From: Mobula hypostoma
Lineage: Eukaryota
NCBI RefSeq assembly: GCF_963921235.1
Contig: NC_086097.1
Span: 140,556,001-140,620,000, forward strand
Length of the DNA: 64,000 nucleotides
Reading direction: 5' to 3'
Numbering within the stretch: position 1 is the stretch's first letter; each line of letters begins with the position of its first letter. The notes under the pieces were generated by a model, which did not search any database, was not told where the DNA came from, and worked only from the letters and a program-made list of their open reading frames with translations. Below are positions 1-12,615 of the stretch, piece by piece. The position numbers and the translations under genes were made by a program.

Positions 1-1129
1 ACCTTTCTCAGATGAGTTATTTAAGTCAAATGCTACTAAGAAGCTGTTTTTACAATGTAGAAAGAGCAAATTCCAGTTATATTATGCCTTTGAATCACCA
101 GAAATTTCACTGTACAGAAATTCAATCAGACAAGGTAAATTAATTATTGAGGCTGACAACTAAAAGCTTTAATGAAAGGGCTTGTTTTATGTGGTATTCT
201 AAAGGATGAATTTGATATAGTGTTTCTGGGAAGGGATTTCAGAACTTGGGCCTTTGCTACTGAAGGCACTCCTGCAAACGGAACATTTAAAAGTGGTGTT
301 TATCCAGAAGCGCAAATTGGAGGAGTGCAAGAAAATACCATATAGATGAAGACGATTCAAAGCTGAAGAGAAGGGGCAAAACCATGAAGCTATTTAGAAA
401 CAATAAGAATTTTGAACATAACAGGATAGCAGCCAGCACAATAGTGAAGAGTAAATTAAATTATTAATTCGTGGTTTGAATTACATTTTACCAGAGCTGA
501 GCCCACGTTTACAGACTGTTGCAAATCCAGCCAGAAGTGATTAATGATCAAGTCTAAAGGTCACAGTGGCATGAATAAAAGCTCCTGCAGAATGCATTTA
601 TGACAGGGTGGAGCTAATATTTCAGAGGTGTCTTAATGAGATAAGAATGAGTCCAAAGGTTAGCTCTTATTCAAATGTAACATCAGAGGTGATGGTGTTG
701 AGTGCTGGGCAATAGAGGTTATGGCAGGAGTTGAACCCTTTGGCATTTGTCTTACCAGTATTTAGTTGGAGGAAATCCCTTGTTATCCATTGTTAGATGA
801 CAGAGGCACGAAGGATGGTGCAGTCAAAGCTGGGTGCCAGTATTATGTGTGGCAACTGCCACAGTGCTTTAGGATGATGTTTGAAAAAGGGTTACATATT
901 AATGTGAAGTAGGGAGCAGAAGTTGGATCTTCTAGTGGGAAGGATAGGGCGCCAGTCATGCCGATGAGGGAATCAGTGTCTGGGGTGAGTGCAGTCTCAG
1001 ATAACTGGAGAGGTATTGGAGGAAGGTCATGTAGCTGACACTGTAATTAACATTTTTTATAAAGGTATTTTAGTTTCCCGAGGTCTCGGTGTGTTCATGG
1101 AGTAAGTATTATCAGAGGTTTTGTCTCTG

Positions 1130-2520
1130 ACCAAGAGAACTGATCAACTGGCTGGAATGTGCACTGAGATCTTTAACCTCTCGCTTCAGCACTCTGAGGT
1201 ACCCACCTGTTTCAAGCAGGTTTCAGTTATACTGGTGCCTAAGAAGACACTGGTAACCTGCCTCAAAGACTATTGTCCAGTAGGACTTGCATCCACGGCG
1301 ATGAAGTATTTTGAGATGTTGTTGATGAAACATATCAATCCTACCTGAGAAGCAACTTTGATCTGCTCCAGTTTGCTTCTCAGCAACAACAGATCCGCAG
1401 CAGATGCCATTTCATTGGCTTTTCGCTCAACCTTGGAACAGCTGGACAGCAAAGATGCATGTATCAGGATGCTGTTTATCAACTACAGCTCAGCATCAGT
1501 ACTATTATACCTTCTAAACTAATCAATAAGCCTCAAGACCTTGGCCTCAATACCTCTTTGTGCAGTTGGATCCTCAATTTCTTCACTTGCAGACCCCAGT
1601 AGTTTGGACTGGCAACAGCATTTCTTCCACAATCTCCGGCAGCACAGGTGCACCGAAAGGCTGTGTGCTTAGTTCCCTGCTCTACTTCCCTTACGCTTAT
1701 GACTGGGTGGCTAAGCACAACTCCAATGGCATATTTATGTTTGCTGATGACACCACTGTAGTTGGCCGAATCAAAGGTGGTGAAGAATCACCATATAAGG
1801 AGACTGAAAATCTGGCTGAGTGGTGCCACAACAACAGACTCTTACTCAATCTCAGCAAGACTAAGGAGCTGATTACTAACTTCAGGAGGAGGAAACCAGA
1901 GGTCCATGAGCCAGTCCTCTTTGGGTGATCAGAGGTGGAGAGGGTCAGCAACTTTAAATTCCTTGGTGTTATCATTTCCGAGGACCTGTCCTGGGCCCAG
2001 CTTGCAAGTGCAATTACATAGAATGCACAGTAGTGCCTCTGCTTCCTTAGAAGTTTGTGAAGGTTCGGCATGACATCTAAAACTTTGACAGAATTCTATA
2101 GATGTGTGTTGGAGGGTATATTGACTGGCTGCGTCAAAGCCTGGTATAGAAACACCAATGCCCTTGAACGGAAAAGCCTAAAAAAAAAGTAGTGGATACG
2201 GCCTAGTCCATCACGGGTAAAGCCCTCCCCACCATTGAGTACATCTACATGGAATGCTTTCCCAGGAAAGCAGTGTTCATAATCAATGAGCCTCACCAAC
2301 CACGACATGCTTTCCTCTTGCTGCTGTCATCAAGACTCACACTACCAGATTCAGAAACAGCTGTTACCCCTCAACCATCAGGTTCCTGAACCAGAGAGGG
2401 TAACTTTACTTGTCCTATCACTGAAATGTTCCCATATCTATGAACTCATGTTCAAGGATTCTTTATCTTATGTTATCGATATTTATAGTTTGTTTATTTA
2501 TTATTCAAAAAAGTTCATTT
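1130..2520 (+). mobile_element. Decayed 5'-truncated Rex1/Babar-type non-LTR retrotransposon (RT and 3' part); tail continues at about 3720-3890 and 4209-4255
   Basis: ORF fragments DQLAGMCTEIFNLSL..VPTCFK..VPKK, TGAPKGCVLS, FADDTTVVG with stops and frameshifts. Confidence 0.8.
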
Positions 2521-2877
2521 TTTTAGTTAAAGATCATACTATATACAAACTTGAGATTCATCTCCTTGCAGGCAGCCCCAGAACAAAGAAACACAATAGA
2601 ACCACCAAAGAGAAGACAATCAGACACCCAATATGCAGGAAAAAAAATCGAGCAAGCAGTAAAAGTAAGCAAATAACATTCAAAACTGAAGTTCACGAAA
2701 TGAGTCCACTGCCATAAGGCCAGTCGTCACTGCGGCAGAACTGGGAGCCTGTTAGTCATTGCCGTCGGCACAGTTGAACACAGAGACGAATAAACCTCAT
2801 GGGGCAGAGCCCGTGCCTCTTCTCCGGCCCCCACACCCTGACCTTTTCAACCTGGCCTGGCATTTAAATTGGCCAAA

Positions 2878-3342
2878 CCTTGGGTTGTTCCATGCTCTCG
2901 GACCCAGGCCCTGCTGCTTCGATACACTCTCAGGCCTGGGCCCTGCCGGCTGGATTCGGCCTGTACCTGACCTCGGGTTGTTCCGTGCTCTCGGACCCAG
3001 GCCCTGCTGCTTCGATACACTCTCAGGCCTGGGCCCTGCCGGCTGGATTCGGCCTGTACCTGACCTCGGGTTGTTCCGTGCTCTCGGACCCAGGCCCTGC
3101 TGCTTCGATACACTCTCAGGCCTGGGCCCTGCCGGCTGGATTCGGCCTGTACCTGACCTCGGGTTGTTCCGTGCTCTCGGACCCAGGCCCTGCTGCTTCG
3201 ATACACTCTCAGGCCTGGGCCCTGCCGGCTGGATTCAGCCTGTACCTGACCTCGGGTTGTTCCATGCTCTCGGACCCAGGCCCTGCTGCTTCGATACACT
3301 CTCAGGCCTGGGCCCTGCCGGCTGGATTCAGCTGGTATCCGA
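2878..3342. repeat. GC-rich minisatellite, 5 x 93 bp, near-identical
   Basis: Units start at 2878, 2971, 3064, 3157 and 3250; appears as a 31-aa repeat in the ORF track. Confidence 0.95.
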
Positions 3343-3890
3343 CCTTTCCAATCTGGCCTGGCACTTAAACCGGTGAAGGAGCAGATGGTTTGGGCCCCAG
3401 CCCTCGACTGTTTGCCACTTTGAATTGCCTCTGAATCTTCTCCAGCAACGGCCAAACATTGGCTCATTCCCCACTCTTGGGCACAGGCCCTGCTGCTTCA
3501 ATTTGGCCCGTACGTGCTGCGCCATCTTCGAGACTGTAGTTCACACCACAAAGGTCATACAGGCGATTCAGAAGCTCAACTCCAAAAGCAAAGTTACAGG
3601 CTATTAATTACAGTGGTCATTTCCAAGAAAAAGTGTGATTAATATAGTAGTTAGTAGTTTTGTTTGCTGTCAGCAAATATTTGCTGTGCATCACCAGCGC
3701 CATGGTAAACCAGAAGATGTAATATTATTATTTTATAATTATTGAAGTATTTTTTCTTTTGTTTTGTATTAGCATGGTTTGTTGTCCTTAGCACACTGGT
3801 TGTCACCCTGCTGGTGCAGCCTTTCACTGATTCTGTTATAGTTATTCGATTCATTGGGTATGCCCACAAGAAAATGACTCTGAGTTGTTT

Positions 3891-4208
3891 ATAGAAACAT
3901 AGAAACATAGAAAATAGGTGCAGGAGTAGACCATTTGGCCCTACGAGCCTGCACCGCCATTCAGTATGATCTTGGCTGATCATCTAACTCAGAACCCTGT
4001 ACCAGCCTTCCCTCCATACCCCCTGATCCCTTTTCGCCACAAGGGCCATATCTAACTCCCTCTTAAATATAGCCAATGAACTGGCCTCAACTGTTTCCGG
4101 TGGCAGAGAATTCCACAGATTCACTACTCTCTGTGTGAAGAAGTTTTTCTTCATCTCGGTCCTAAAAGGCTTCCCCTTTATCCTCAAACTGTGACCCCTC
4201 GTTCTGGA
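3891..4208 (-). mobile_element. CR1 LINE 3' end with (agaaacat)n tail, inserted into the Rex tail
   Basis: [18 protein letters not shown]1 C-terminal motif; near-identical to 54288-54600. Confidence 0.85.
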
Positions 4209-4307
4209 TATGGTGACATGTATGTACTTTGATAAAAAAAATTACTTCGTATTTGACTTAACTATTCATTTATGATATTTAAAACATTGAAGTGCTATAG
4301 CAGAATT

Positions 4308-4540
4308 TGTGGTGCACGGGACTCGAACCGCCATTGGGAGCCGCGGGCTAGTAGCACGTTTGGAACTATCCGCTCGGGGCGAACCTTCCGGGGACAGTCA
4401 CGTCATGTCCGCCCCGCGGGTCGCGGGGGCCCATGGGAGGGGAGATTTAAGCACGCGATTTTGAATCAGTAAAGGCATTCTGAGTTCAGCTCTCTCTTCC
4501 TCCGTGTGTTTCTTTAGTTGCACGTTTGCGAGTGACTACA
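4308..4540 (+). repeat. 5' LTR (233 bp)
   Basis: tgtggtg...gtgactaca, matches 8346-8596 with about 22 substitutions plus indels by manual count. Confidence 0.92.
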
Positions 4541-4541
4541 T

Positions 4542-4556
4542 TGGTGACCCTGACGT
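4542..4556 (+). other. Primer binding site complementary to tRNA-Trp 3' end
   Basis: TGGTGACCCTGACGT versus expected TGGTGACCCCGACGT (one mismatch), 1 nt after the LTR. Confidence 0.85.
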
Positions 4557-4595
4557 TCCAGACGGCATCTGGAGCCAGCGACTCAGTGACCAGCC

Positions 4596-7500
4596 ATGAG
4601 TTTGAGCAACTCGCACAGCGTGGTCTCTCTGAAGCTCCCGACTTTCTGGGCCACTCAGCCCCACATTTGATTCGAGCAGACTGAAGCCCAGTTCAGTATC
4701 AGAGACATTACAGCCGATGCCACGCGGTACTCCTATGTGGTCAGCATGCTCGACCAGGAGACGGCAGGCCGGATCATCAACGTCCTACGCCAGCCACCAA
4801 CGGAGGACAGGTACACTAAGCTTAAGGCGCTCCTGATCCATACCTTCGGACTCTCTCGCCGGAACGGGCTGCGCGGCTCCTGCACATGGACGGCCTGGGC
4901 GACCGCACGCCTTCTGAGCTCATGAATGATGGACGGCTGTAAGCCTTGCCTTTTATTTGAACAGTTGTTCCTCGAGCAAATGCCAGAGGTCATTCGCCTC
5001 CTCCTCGCGAGTGAGGATTTCAGCGACCCATGCAGGGTCGCGGCTAAAGCAGACATCCTTTGGCAGAGCAAGCAACGTGGAGCAGCCTCCATTGGCCTAG
5101 CCATGATCGCACGCCTCAAAGCCCAGGCCCCCTCAACCGAAGCCGTCGAGACCCATGGGGGAAAAAGACGAAAGTTTGGAACAGTGGTGTTTCTATCACC
5201 AAAGATGGGGCTCAGGTGCGTGCCTCTGCCGTCCAACATGTGCTTTTCCAGGAAACGCCGGGGCCAGCCGTCGCTAATGGCTACGACGGCTGGCCACCGA
5301 GACAGCCTCCTGTACCTCTGGGACCGACATTCCGGGCAGCGCTTCCTGGTAGACACCGGGGCCGAAGTCAGCGTACTCCCCCCTCCGAACATGGACACTC
5401 GTAACGTGGTCCCAGGCCCTGAATTCACTGCTGCAAATGGCACCAGTATTCGGACGTACGGCCCGCGAACTATCTCACTGCATTTCGGGTCTAGCCGTTT
5501 CACTTGAACTTTCACGTTGGCAGCGGTGTCACAGCTACTACTAGGGGCAGATTTCCTATGAGCCAACTGCCTCCTGGTTGACCTAAAAGGCAGGTGTTTG
5601 GTCCATGCCGAGACGTTCCAGACTTTCCAGCTCAGAGAAGCTAAGCTACCAGCCCTCCACCTGGATTCCTTGACCCTCTCGGGTAATGAATTCACCAGGG
5701 TGTTGGCAGAATTCCCTTCCATAGTCACCCCACAGTTCTCCATGGCTGACCCAAAGCACGGTGTGCAGCATCACATCCCCACGCAAGGACCGCTGCTGCA
5801 TGTCCGAGCTCGCAGGCTCCCACCCAACAAGCTCCACCTCGCCAAGGAGGAGTTCCGTAAGATGGAAGAGATGGGAATCGTACGCCGCTGAGACAGCCCA
5901 TGGACATCCCTGCTGCACATGGTGCCCAAGTCCGCAGGAGGATGGAGGCCCTGCGGAGACTACAGAAGGCTCAACGACGCCACAACTGCTGACAGATTCC
6001 CGGTACCCCACATCCAGGACTTCACGGCGAACCTGCACGGAGTGACCATCTTCTCGAAAATCGACCTGAACAGGGGATACCATCAGATCCCAGTGCACCC
6101 CGATGACATGCCCAAGACAGCCCTCATCACCCCGTTTGGCTTGTTCGAATTCCTGAGGATGCCTTTCGGTCTCAAGAATGCAGCCCAAACTTTCCAAAGG
6201 CTCATATACTCGGTGGGATGTGGCCTGGATTTCGTTTTCATTTACTTGGATGATATCCTGGTGGCCAGCAGTTCGCACCAAGAGCACGTGGCACATTTGC
6301 GCCAGCTCTGCCAACACCTGAGCGACCACGGACTGGCAATCAATCCGACAAAGTGCCAGTTCGGGCTGACGGAGATTCGACTTCTTGGGCCACAGAGTCA
6401 ACTAACATGGCACAGTTCCCCTACCGGCCAAGGTCTAGGCCATCTGACAGTTCCCCAAGCCCAGCACGGTCAGGGGCCTGCAGGAGTTCGCAGGGATGGT
6501 CAACTTTTATCATCGGTTCGTGCCGGCGGCGGCATGCATCATGAGACCCTTCTTCAGCCTGATGGCTGGCATGGCCAAAGAGGTGGCATGGGACACGGAG
6601 TCCACGGGGGCGTTCGAGCAGGCCAAGGAGGCACTGGCAAAGGCGGCCCTCCTAGTGCACCCGAGAGTCGATGTACCCACGGCACTCACAGTTGACGCTT
6701 CCGACACGGCAGTCGGCGGAGTCCTGGAGCAGCTCGTCGAGGACCAGTGTCGACCACTCACTTTCTTCAGCCGGCACCTACGGCCACCAGAGGTGAAGTA
6801 CAGCACTTTCGACAGAGAGTTGCTAGCACTCTACCTGGCTGTCCGGCAATTCTGGTATTTCCTCGAGGGAAGGGAGTTCACTGTGTATATGGACCACAAG
6901 CCCCTCACCTTCGCACTGGCCAAGGTATCGGACCCATGGTCGGCTTGGCAGCAGAGGCACCTGTCCTTTATTTCAGAATTCACCACGGACGTCCACCACA
7001 TCGTAGGGAAGAACAATGTCGTCACTGACACACTGTCTCGCCCCTGCCTCCACTCAGTAGGCGTATCGTCCTCAGGAATAGACTATGCCGCACTGGCGGA
7101 AGCACAATGGACGGACGCCGAGATCCCGGCTTACCGCACTGCCGTTTCGGGGCTCCAGTTGGAGGACGTCTCCATTGGCCCAGCAACGGATTGGCTCCTG
7201 TGCAATGTGTCTACCCCGACCCGTGGTACCAGCAGCATGGAAGCGCCGGGTGTTTGACATGCTGCACGACCTGGCCCACCTGTCCATCTGGGCGTCCATC
7301 AAGCGGGTAGTGGACAGATTCACCTGGCACAGTTTGCGCAAACAGGTCGGACACTGGGCCAGGACCTGCGTACACTGCCAGACCGCCAAAGTCCAGCGGC
7401 ACGTGAAGGCTCCCTTCCAGCAGTTCCAGCCGACGCACAGGAGGTTCCAACACATCCACGTGGACATCGTCAGCCCCCTGCCGGTCTCCCGGGGCACCAG

Positions 7501-8345
7501 GTATATCTTTACCATGGTAGACAGGTTCACCAGATGGCCGGAAGCCGTACCGCTCGCAGACACATCCACTGAGTCCTGCGCCAGGGCGCTCATTGCAAAC
7601 TGGATTGCCAGGTTCGGCCTCCCAACGGACATCACCTACAACAGAGGGGTGTAGTTCACGTCTGGTTTGTGGACAGCACCGGCGCAGCTCCTGGGCACCC
7701 AGCTACATCACACCACAGTGTACCATCACCAATCCAATGGTTTGGTAGAGTGATTCCACTGGCATCTCAAGTTGGCCCTGATGGCGCACCTCAGGGATCC
7801 CAACTGGACAGATGAGCTTCCCTGGGTCCTACTGGGCATCCACACAGCCCCCAAGGAAGCTCCTTGACACCTAGACACCTCCTTGGTCTATGGCACCCCT
7901 CTGAGGGTCCCAGGCGAGTTCGTACCAGAGGCCCGAGGTTCGGAAGAAACTCCAGCAGTAGTGCTAATGAGGCTGCGGGACAAGGTAGGGACCCTGCCAC
8001 CGGTCCCGACCTCCAGGCATGGTCCCACGCCATCCTTTACCCCTAAAGACCTCCGAGACTGAGAGTATGTTTTTATTTGCAGGGGCATGCACAGGTCACC
8101 TCTACAGCAGCCATACGAGGGACCTTTCAAGGTGATCCGGCACAACGGAACCACGTATGTCATGGAGGTGGGTGGCCTGGAAGAGGCTTTTACAGTGGAC
8201 CGCCTCAAACCGGCGCACTTGGACATTGAGCAACCAGTGAGGGTACCCACACTGCGCCGGCAAGGCCGGCCACCCAGCCAAGCCACTCAGACTGGGGTCT
8301 CCACTCCCCCGATGGACGTTTCTGGGGGGGGGGGGGCGTGGGTGG
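4596..8345 (+). pseudogene. gag-pol of the Gypsy element, disrupted
   Basis: gag ATG 4596 (SLKLPDFW...FEQTEAQF), gag stop TAA 5275-5277; pol pieces in ORFs 4926-5507, 5598-5891, 5919-, 6496-, 7085- and 8087-. Confidence 0.9.
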
Positions 8346-8596
8346 TGTGGTGGCCCGCACACGCGGGACTCGAACTGCCATCGGGAGCCACGGGCAGACA
8401 TGTGGTAGCGCGTTTGGAACTACCTGCTCGGGGCGGACCTTCCGAGGACAGTCTGATGTCATGTCCGCCCCGCGGTTCACAGGGGCCCATGGGAAGGAAG
8501 ATTTAGGTGCGCGATTTTGAATCAGTAAAGGCATTCTGAGTGCAGCTCTCTCTGCCTCCGTGTGTTTCTTCAGTTGCACGTTTGCGCGTGACTACA
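8346..8596 (+). repeat. 3' LTR (251 bp)
   Basis: Follows a poly-G PPT, ends actaca followed by the AATT TSD. Confidence 0.92.
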
Positions 8597-9439
8597 AATT
8601 ATTAATTTTGTAGGAAATCTATCTAATATATGTGCTTGGGTACAAATTAATGGGATATATTATTTTCATGATATTATTGTTCCATGAAAAGCATGCTCTG
8701 TTCTCCTGGTTTGCTTTTCTCTAGCATCACTAATTACAGGACTTTTCTAGACGTTTATCCATTTGCTGTTTCTGCCACATTTTTCAAGCCAGTCATTGTG
8801 TTCCAAGGTCAAGAAAAGTGTTATATCAATACAACCGTGAGACTCCCTTTTGTATTTAGCATCTCCAGGGGTGAAAAATCCAGCTTGGCTGTGTTGTAGT
8901 AGAAATTAGGTCAAATTGAGCTTTTAAACAATTTGATATAATTTTATGGCTGTATAAATTTTAAAAGGTAACTTCTACTTTTAAATAAAACTTGGTATGT
9001 ATTGTTTATGGCTTGAAGGGCTGGAAGGGCCTATTCCACACTGTAGCTCAACGTATATAGAAAGCAACATCCTTGATTTATAACCCATGCAACACTGTAA
9101 ACATCCTTTCCTCCACCTTCAGTGTGTTGTGTTTGCAGTGTGCTTCATCTGTAAAAGGTAGTTTCTCCCAATTGTTAGAGGTTGCAAGGGCGGAAACACA
9201 TGGAAGTACCACAGCTTGAAGGTTTCCCGCCAAACCACATCCTGACCTGGAAATATGTCATCGTTTTCTCATTGTCATTGGTTGCAAGTTAACTTCCTGC
9301 CCAACAATCCTGTAAAAGCATTTTCACCAGAAGGATTGCGCTCGTTCTAGAAGTTGACTTACCATATTCTCTGTGACAGTTTAGGAAAGGCAATAAATGC
9401 TGGTCTTACCAACAACCCAGATCCTGAAAAATGAATTGA

Positions 9440-9560
9440 TTTCTTCTCTGTCCCTTTCCAGCCTTGGTGAAGGGTCTTGGCCCGAAACGTCAACTGTTTA
9501 TTCCCTTCTGTAGATGCTGCCTGACCTGCTGCATTCCTCCAGCATTTTATGTGTCACTCT
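9440..9560 (+). mobile_element. Penelope-like element terminal fragment with degenerate hammerhead motif
   Basis: gaagggtcttggcccgaaacgtcaactg...gatgctgcctgacctgctg shared with the longer copies that carry Penelope coding remnants. Confidence 0.7.
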
Positions 9561-9574
9561 AAATTTACTGTATG

Positions 9575-11092
9575 CAGGTGTTCCCCGCTTTTCAAACGTT
9601 CACTTTATGAAACCTCATTGTTATGAAAGACCTACATTAGTATCCAGTTTTCGCTTTCAGAAGGTGTTTTCACTGTTACGAAGAAAGGCAGCACGCGATA
9701 AAAAATCAGTGCGCGATAAAAGGCAGTGCACGCCCCGAGCAGCTGCTCTCCCCCGGATTCGGAACTGCATTCTCGCCGGCATTGCTTAAACATGTGCCTG
9801 TGAGCAGTCGTTTGCAAGATGAGTTCTATGGTATCGGAAAAGCCTAAAAGAGCTCGTAAGGGTGTTACACTTAGCGTAAAACTAGACATAATTAAGCGTT
9901 TCGATCATGGTGAACGAAGTAAGGACAAAGTGAGTTTGGCTTGTGGAAACTGACGAACATGATGTTGAAGCGATTTTGGCATCCCTGATAGATGAAGAGC
10001 TGATGCAATTGGAAGAAAAAAGGATAACAATCGAAACCAAATGCAGTAGCGAAATGAACGTGAAGCAACTGCATGAGATTTTTGCTGCAATGATAAAGTA
10101 TGACTTTAATTTTGAAAGGATATGTAGGTTTAGGGGATATTTGCAAGATGGTTGGAGTCCTTCCAAAGAACTGTGTGATAGAAAAATGCGCGAGGCTCAG
10201 CAGTCAAGCAAGCCTTCCACATCAGCCACAGCAGATGACGAACCTCGACCTTCGACATCGAGGCGGGCAGAGATAGAAGATAATCTGCCTACTCTAATGG
10301 AAACAGACGATGACGAGATGACACCCCAGTGTCCCACCACCTCAACCCCAGGCCGTGGACAGATACCGATTTGCAGAGAATGCAGCAGTAGCCAGGAGGC
10401 ACACAGCACATCTTTAAGAAGGAAGCCGAAATAAACATGCTACTTAATTATGTGCCAGGTGGCACCTAATTAATTAGCATGTTTGTTTCAGCTTTTTTCT
10501 TAAAGATGTGCTGTGTGCCTCCCGGCTACCGCTGCACCCCTGCATGCTTCACGGTTCAGTATCGGTTGGTGGCCCAGAGGGTGGGGGCCACTGCACCACC
10601 CCAACCTGCGACGATTCAGTCTAACACACCATCATCAGTGTGCTCGGCGCTGTCCCGATTTCGGTAAGTGATACTACACTGTGCATACATTATTTCTACT
10701 TTATATAGGCTGTGTATTTTTACGTGTTATTTGGTATGATTTGGCAGCTTCATAGCTTAAAGGTTATTGGAGAGCGCTTGCTCCATGTTTTTGCCAACAG
10801 TGCTTGCGTGAGATTTTCGCTGTGGAAAGCAGTGCAGTAATGATTGTAGAAAAGTATTTCTACTTTATATAGGCTGTGTACTTATCATATCATTCCTGCT
10901 TTTACTATATGTTACTGTTATTTTAGGTTTTACGTGTTATTTGGCATGATTTGGTAGGTTATCTTCGGGTCTGCGAACATTCACAAAATTTTCCCATATA
11001 AATAAATGGTAATTGCTTCTTCGTTTTACGACATTTCAGCTTACGAACCATTTCATAGGAACGCTGTACCTTCGGATGGCGGGGGAAACCTG
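9575..11092 (+). mobile_element. Non-autonomous Tigger/pogo-type DNA transposon, copy 1
   Basis: TIRs caggtgttccccgc / gcgggggaaacctg followed by TA. CENP-B-like N-terminus (KRARKGVTLSVKLDIIKRFD) joined directly to an acidic C-terminal remnant; DDE core missing. Confidence 0.85.
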
Positions 11093-11954
11093 TATTTGAT
11101 TTTTCTGATACATAGATTTGTTCTTTGCGACATCTATGCCAATCTGTGTAAGTTTGCCTATTGTGACTTTACAAAACTTTGACAAATAATGAATCTCAGT
11201 TCAGAGATCTTAAACAATGAATTACCTATTCTGCAAAAGAAGTATCCTTATAGGTTATAATTAACAGATTGCATTCCAATGCTTTCATAACTGTAATCAT
11301 AGATCAAATAACCAACAATGAGATAATTGAAAATTACATTTTATTGGTATTATTGTTATACTAAAAACATTAAAGCAGACATTTGGATATAATTCAAAGG
11401 TTAATATTGAAACTTGTTACTGCAATTTTTCAGCTGGACTTCAAAACACCCTTGTTCCCAATATCTTGAGCGCTAAAACAGAGGCTTAGGTTGTCTGATA
11501 AGGGTTAATAATTACTTTAATCTATTTTAAAATAAGTGAAAAACAGGACCAAACAGGGCAGAATCAAAGAATGACCAGGAGAAACTGTACATTATATAAT
11601 GTTCTATCCTTGAAAGAAGATCTTAACAAATGGAAAAAACTAAACTTTTTTTCCCCTTTTAGTTCCATATAAAGTGAAGTGCTGTTTGTGTGTGCAGAAT
11701 GGCTTTTTCAATTGTGTCAAATGAAGCAGCATGCGCACCTGCTATTTTCTTTCCTCCAGTTTATTTACAACCCTTCTATAATCAAACTAAATATTCTGTT
11801 TATATACACACACATTTTCTGACCCTTTCCCAAAGGCCAGAATTATCCACCTAAAAGGTCATGAGGTATTCAGGCACAGCCTTATAAACAGAAACACTTA
11901 CTGAGCTGTTTGCAAGTCCTTCTGTTTATTGCATCATGGCACTGCATTAAAATG

Positions 11955-12092
11955 ATTGGTTCTGCTATTTTGGGCTGAGTCCTATATTTTACCCTTATAT
12001 AAGGGCTCTGTTAATGAACAAAATTTTTTTTTATCACTTGTAGCAAGACTAGCTTGAGATCCGCACAACTTTTCTTGCAGCACTTTATGCAG
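11955..12092 (+). promoter_or_regulatory. Candidate internal promoter and short non-coding first exon of NT5C3A
   Basis: Inverted CCAAT (ATTGG 11955-11959), TATATAAG at 11996 inside the palindrome cccttatataaggg, GATA site (ttatca 12031-12036), donor-like GCAG|gtaaac at 12092/12093, all in a repeat-free island. Motif evidence only. Confidence 0.35.
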
Positions 12093-12615
12093 GTAAACCG
12101 TGTGCAGGAATAAGCACTACAGCACAAAGATAGAAATATATCAGTACTTCGAGCTCAGACCAGAAAGGCTTTTTAAAATGTAGTTCTTTTGGTTATTTCT
12201 TCATTAGTTGCTGTATGTATTTATTGTGAATCTGAATATTATTGGGCACCACAATTGTGATTATAAGGCAGTCCATTAATGAAGAGATGGGTTGTGTTAC
12301 ATGCATAGGCAATAGAATGGAATAAGATCATAATTTCTTATAGAACCAACTTTCGTTACTCACAGGAGTATTTCAGTAAATGTTAATTAATATTTTTCTA
12401 GATTTTGAAAATATTGCTATGTCAATTTTTTATGATGTTACCTAATCTTTTTTGTGGCTGCCTTCTTGTATCTTATCCTCTTCAGATAAACCTCCATAAT
12501 TACAAAACCAGCTGAATGCTTTAGAGATTGCGAAAGATCACTGTGCTGGACATAGATCAGCTTCCTGCTTTTAGCTTTTCCCCCCTCCCCACCAGAGCAC
12601 TGTACAGTAAGCAAG

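Larger units (their letters stand above)
4308..8596 (+). mobile_element. Full-length but decayed Ty3/Gypsy LTR retrotransposon, CsRn1 lineage
   Basis: TG..CA LTRs, AATT target-site duplication (4304-4307 and 8597-8600), tRNA-Trp-type PBS, gag with CHCC knuckle, protease FLVDTGA, RT YLDD, RNase H TVDAS, integrase HHCC and QPYEGPF, G-rich PPT. Several stops and frameshifts. Confidence 0.95.

Noticed and set aside
190..1060. Possible ancient L2-like LINE remnant or NT5C3A distal first exon
   Set aside because: Similarity is too weak to support by eye, and no exon encoding the long hydrophobic N-terminus was found.
2878..3342. CRISPR-like array or repeat-protein gene
   Set aside because: Units are contiguous with no unique spacers, no cas genes, and a eukaryotic context. 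The ORFs arise from a GC-rich 3n repeat.
4733..6401. Long minus-strand ORFs (336 aa, 251 aa)
   Set aside because: Antisense shadows of the GC-rich gag-pol with no recognisable domain.
9943..10434. 163-aa acidic ORF as a domesticated TIGD-like gene
   Set aside because: It lies inside a TIR-bounded element without the DDE core, and the sister copy at 13300-14841 is disrupted.
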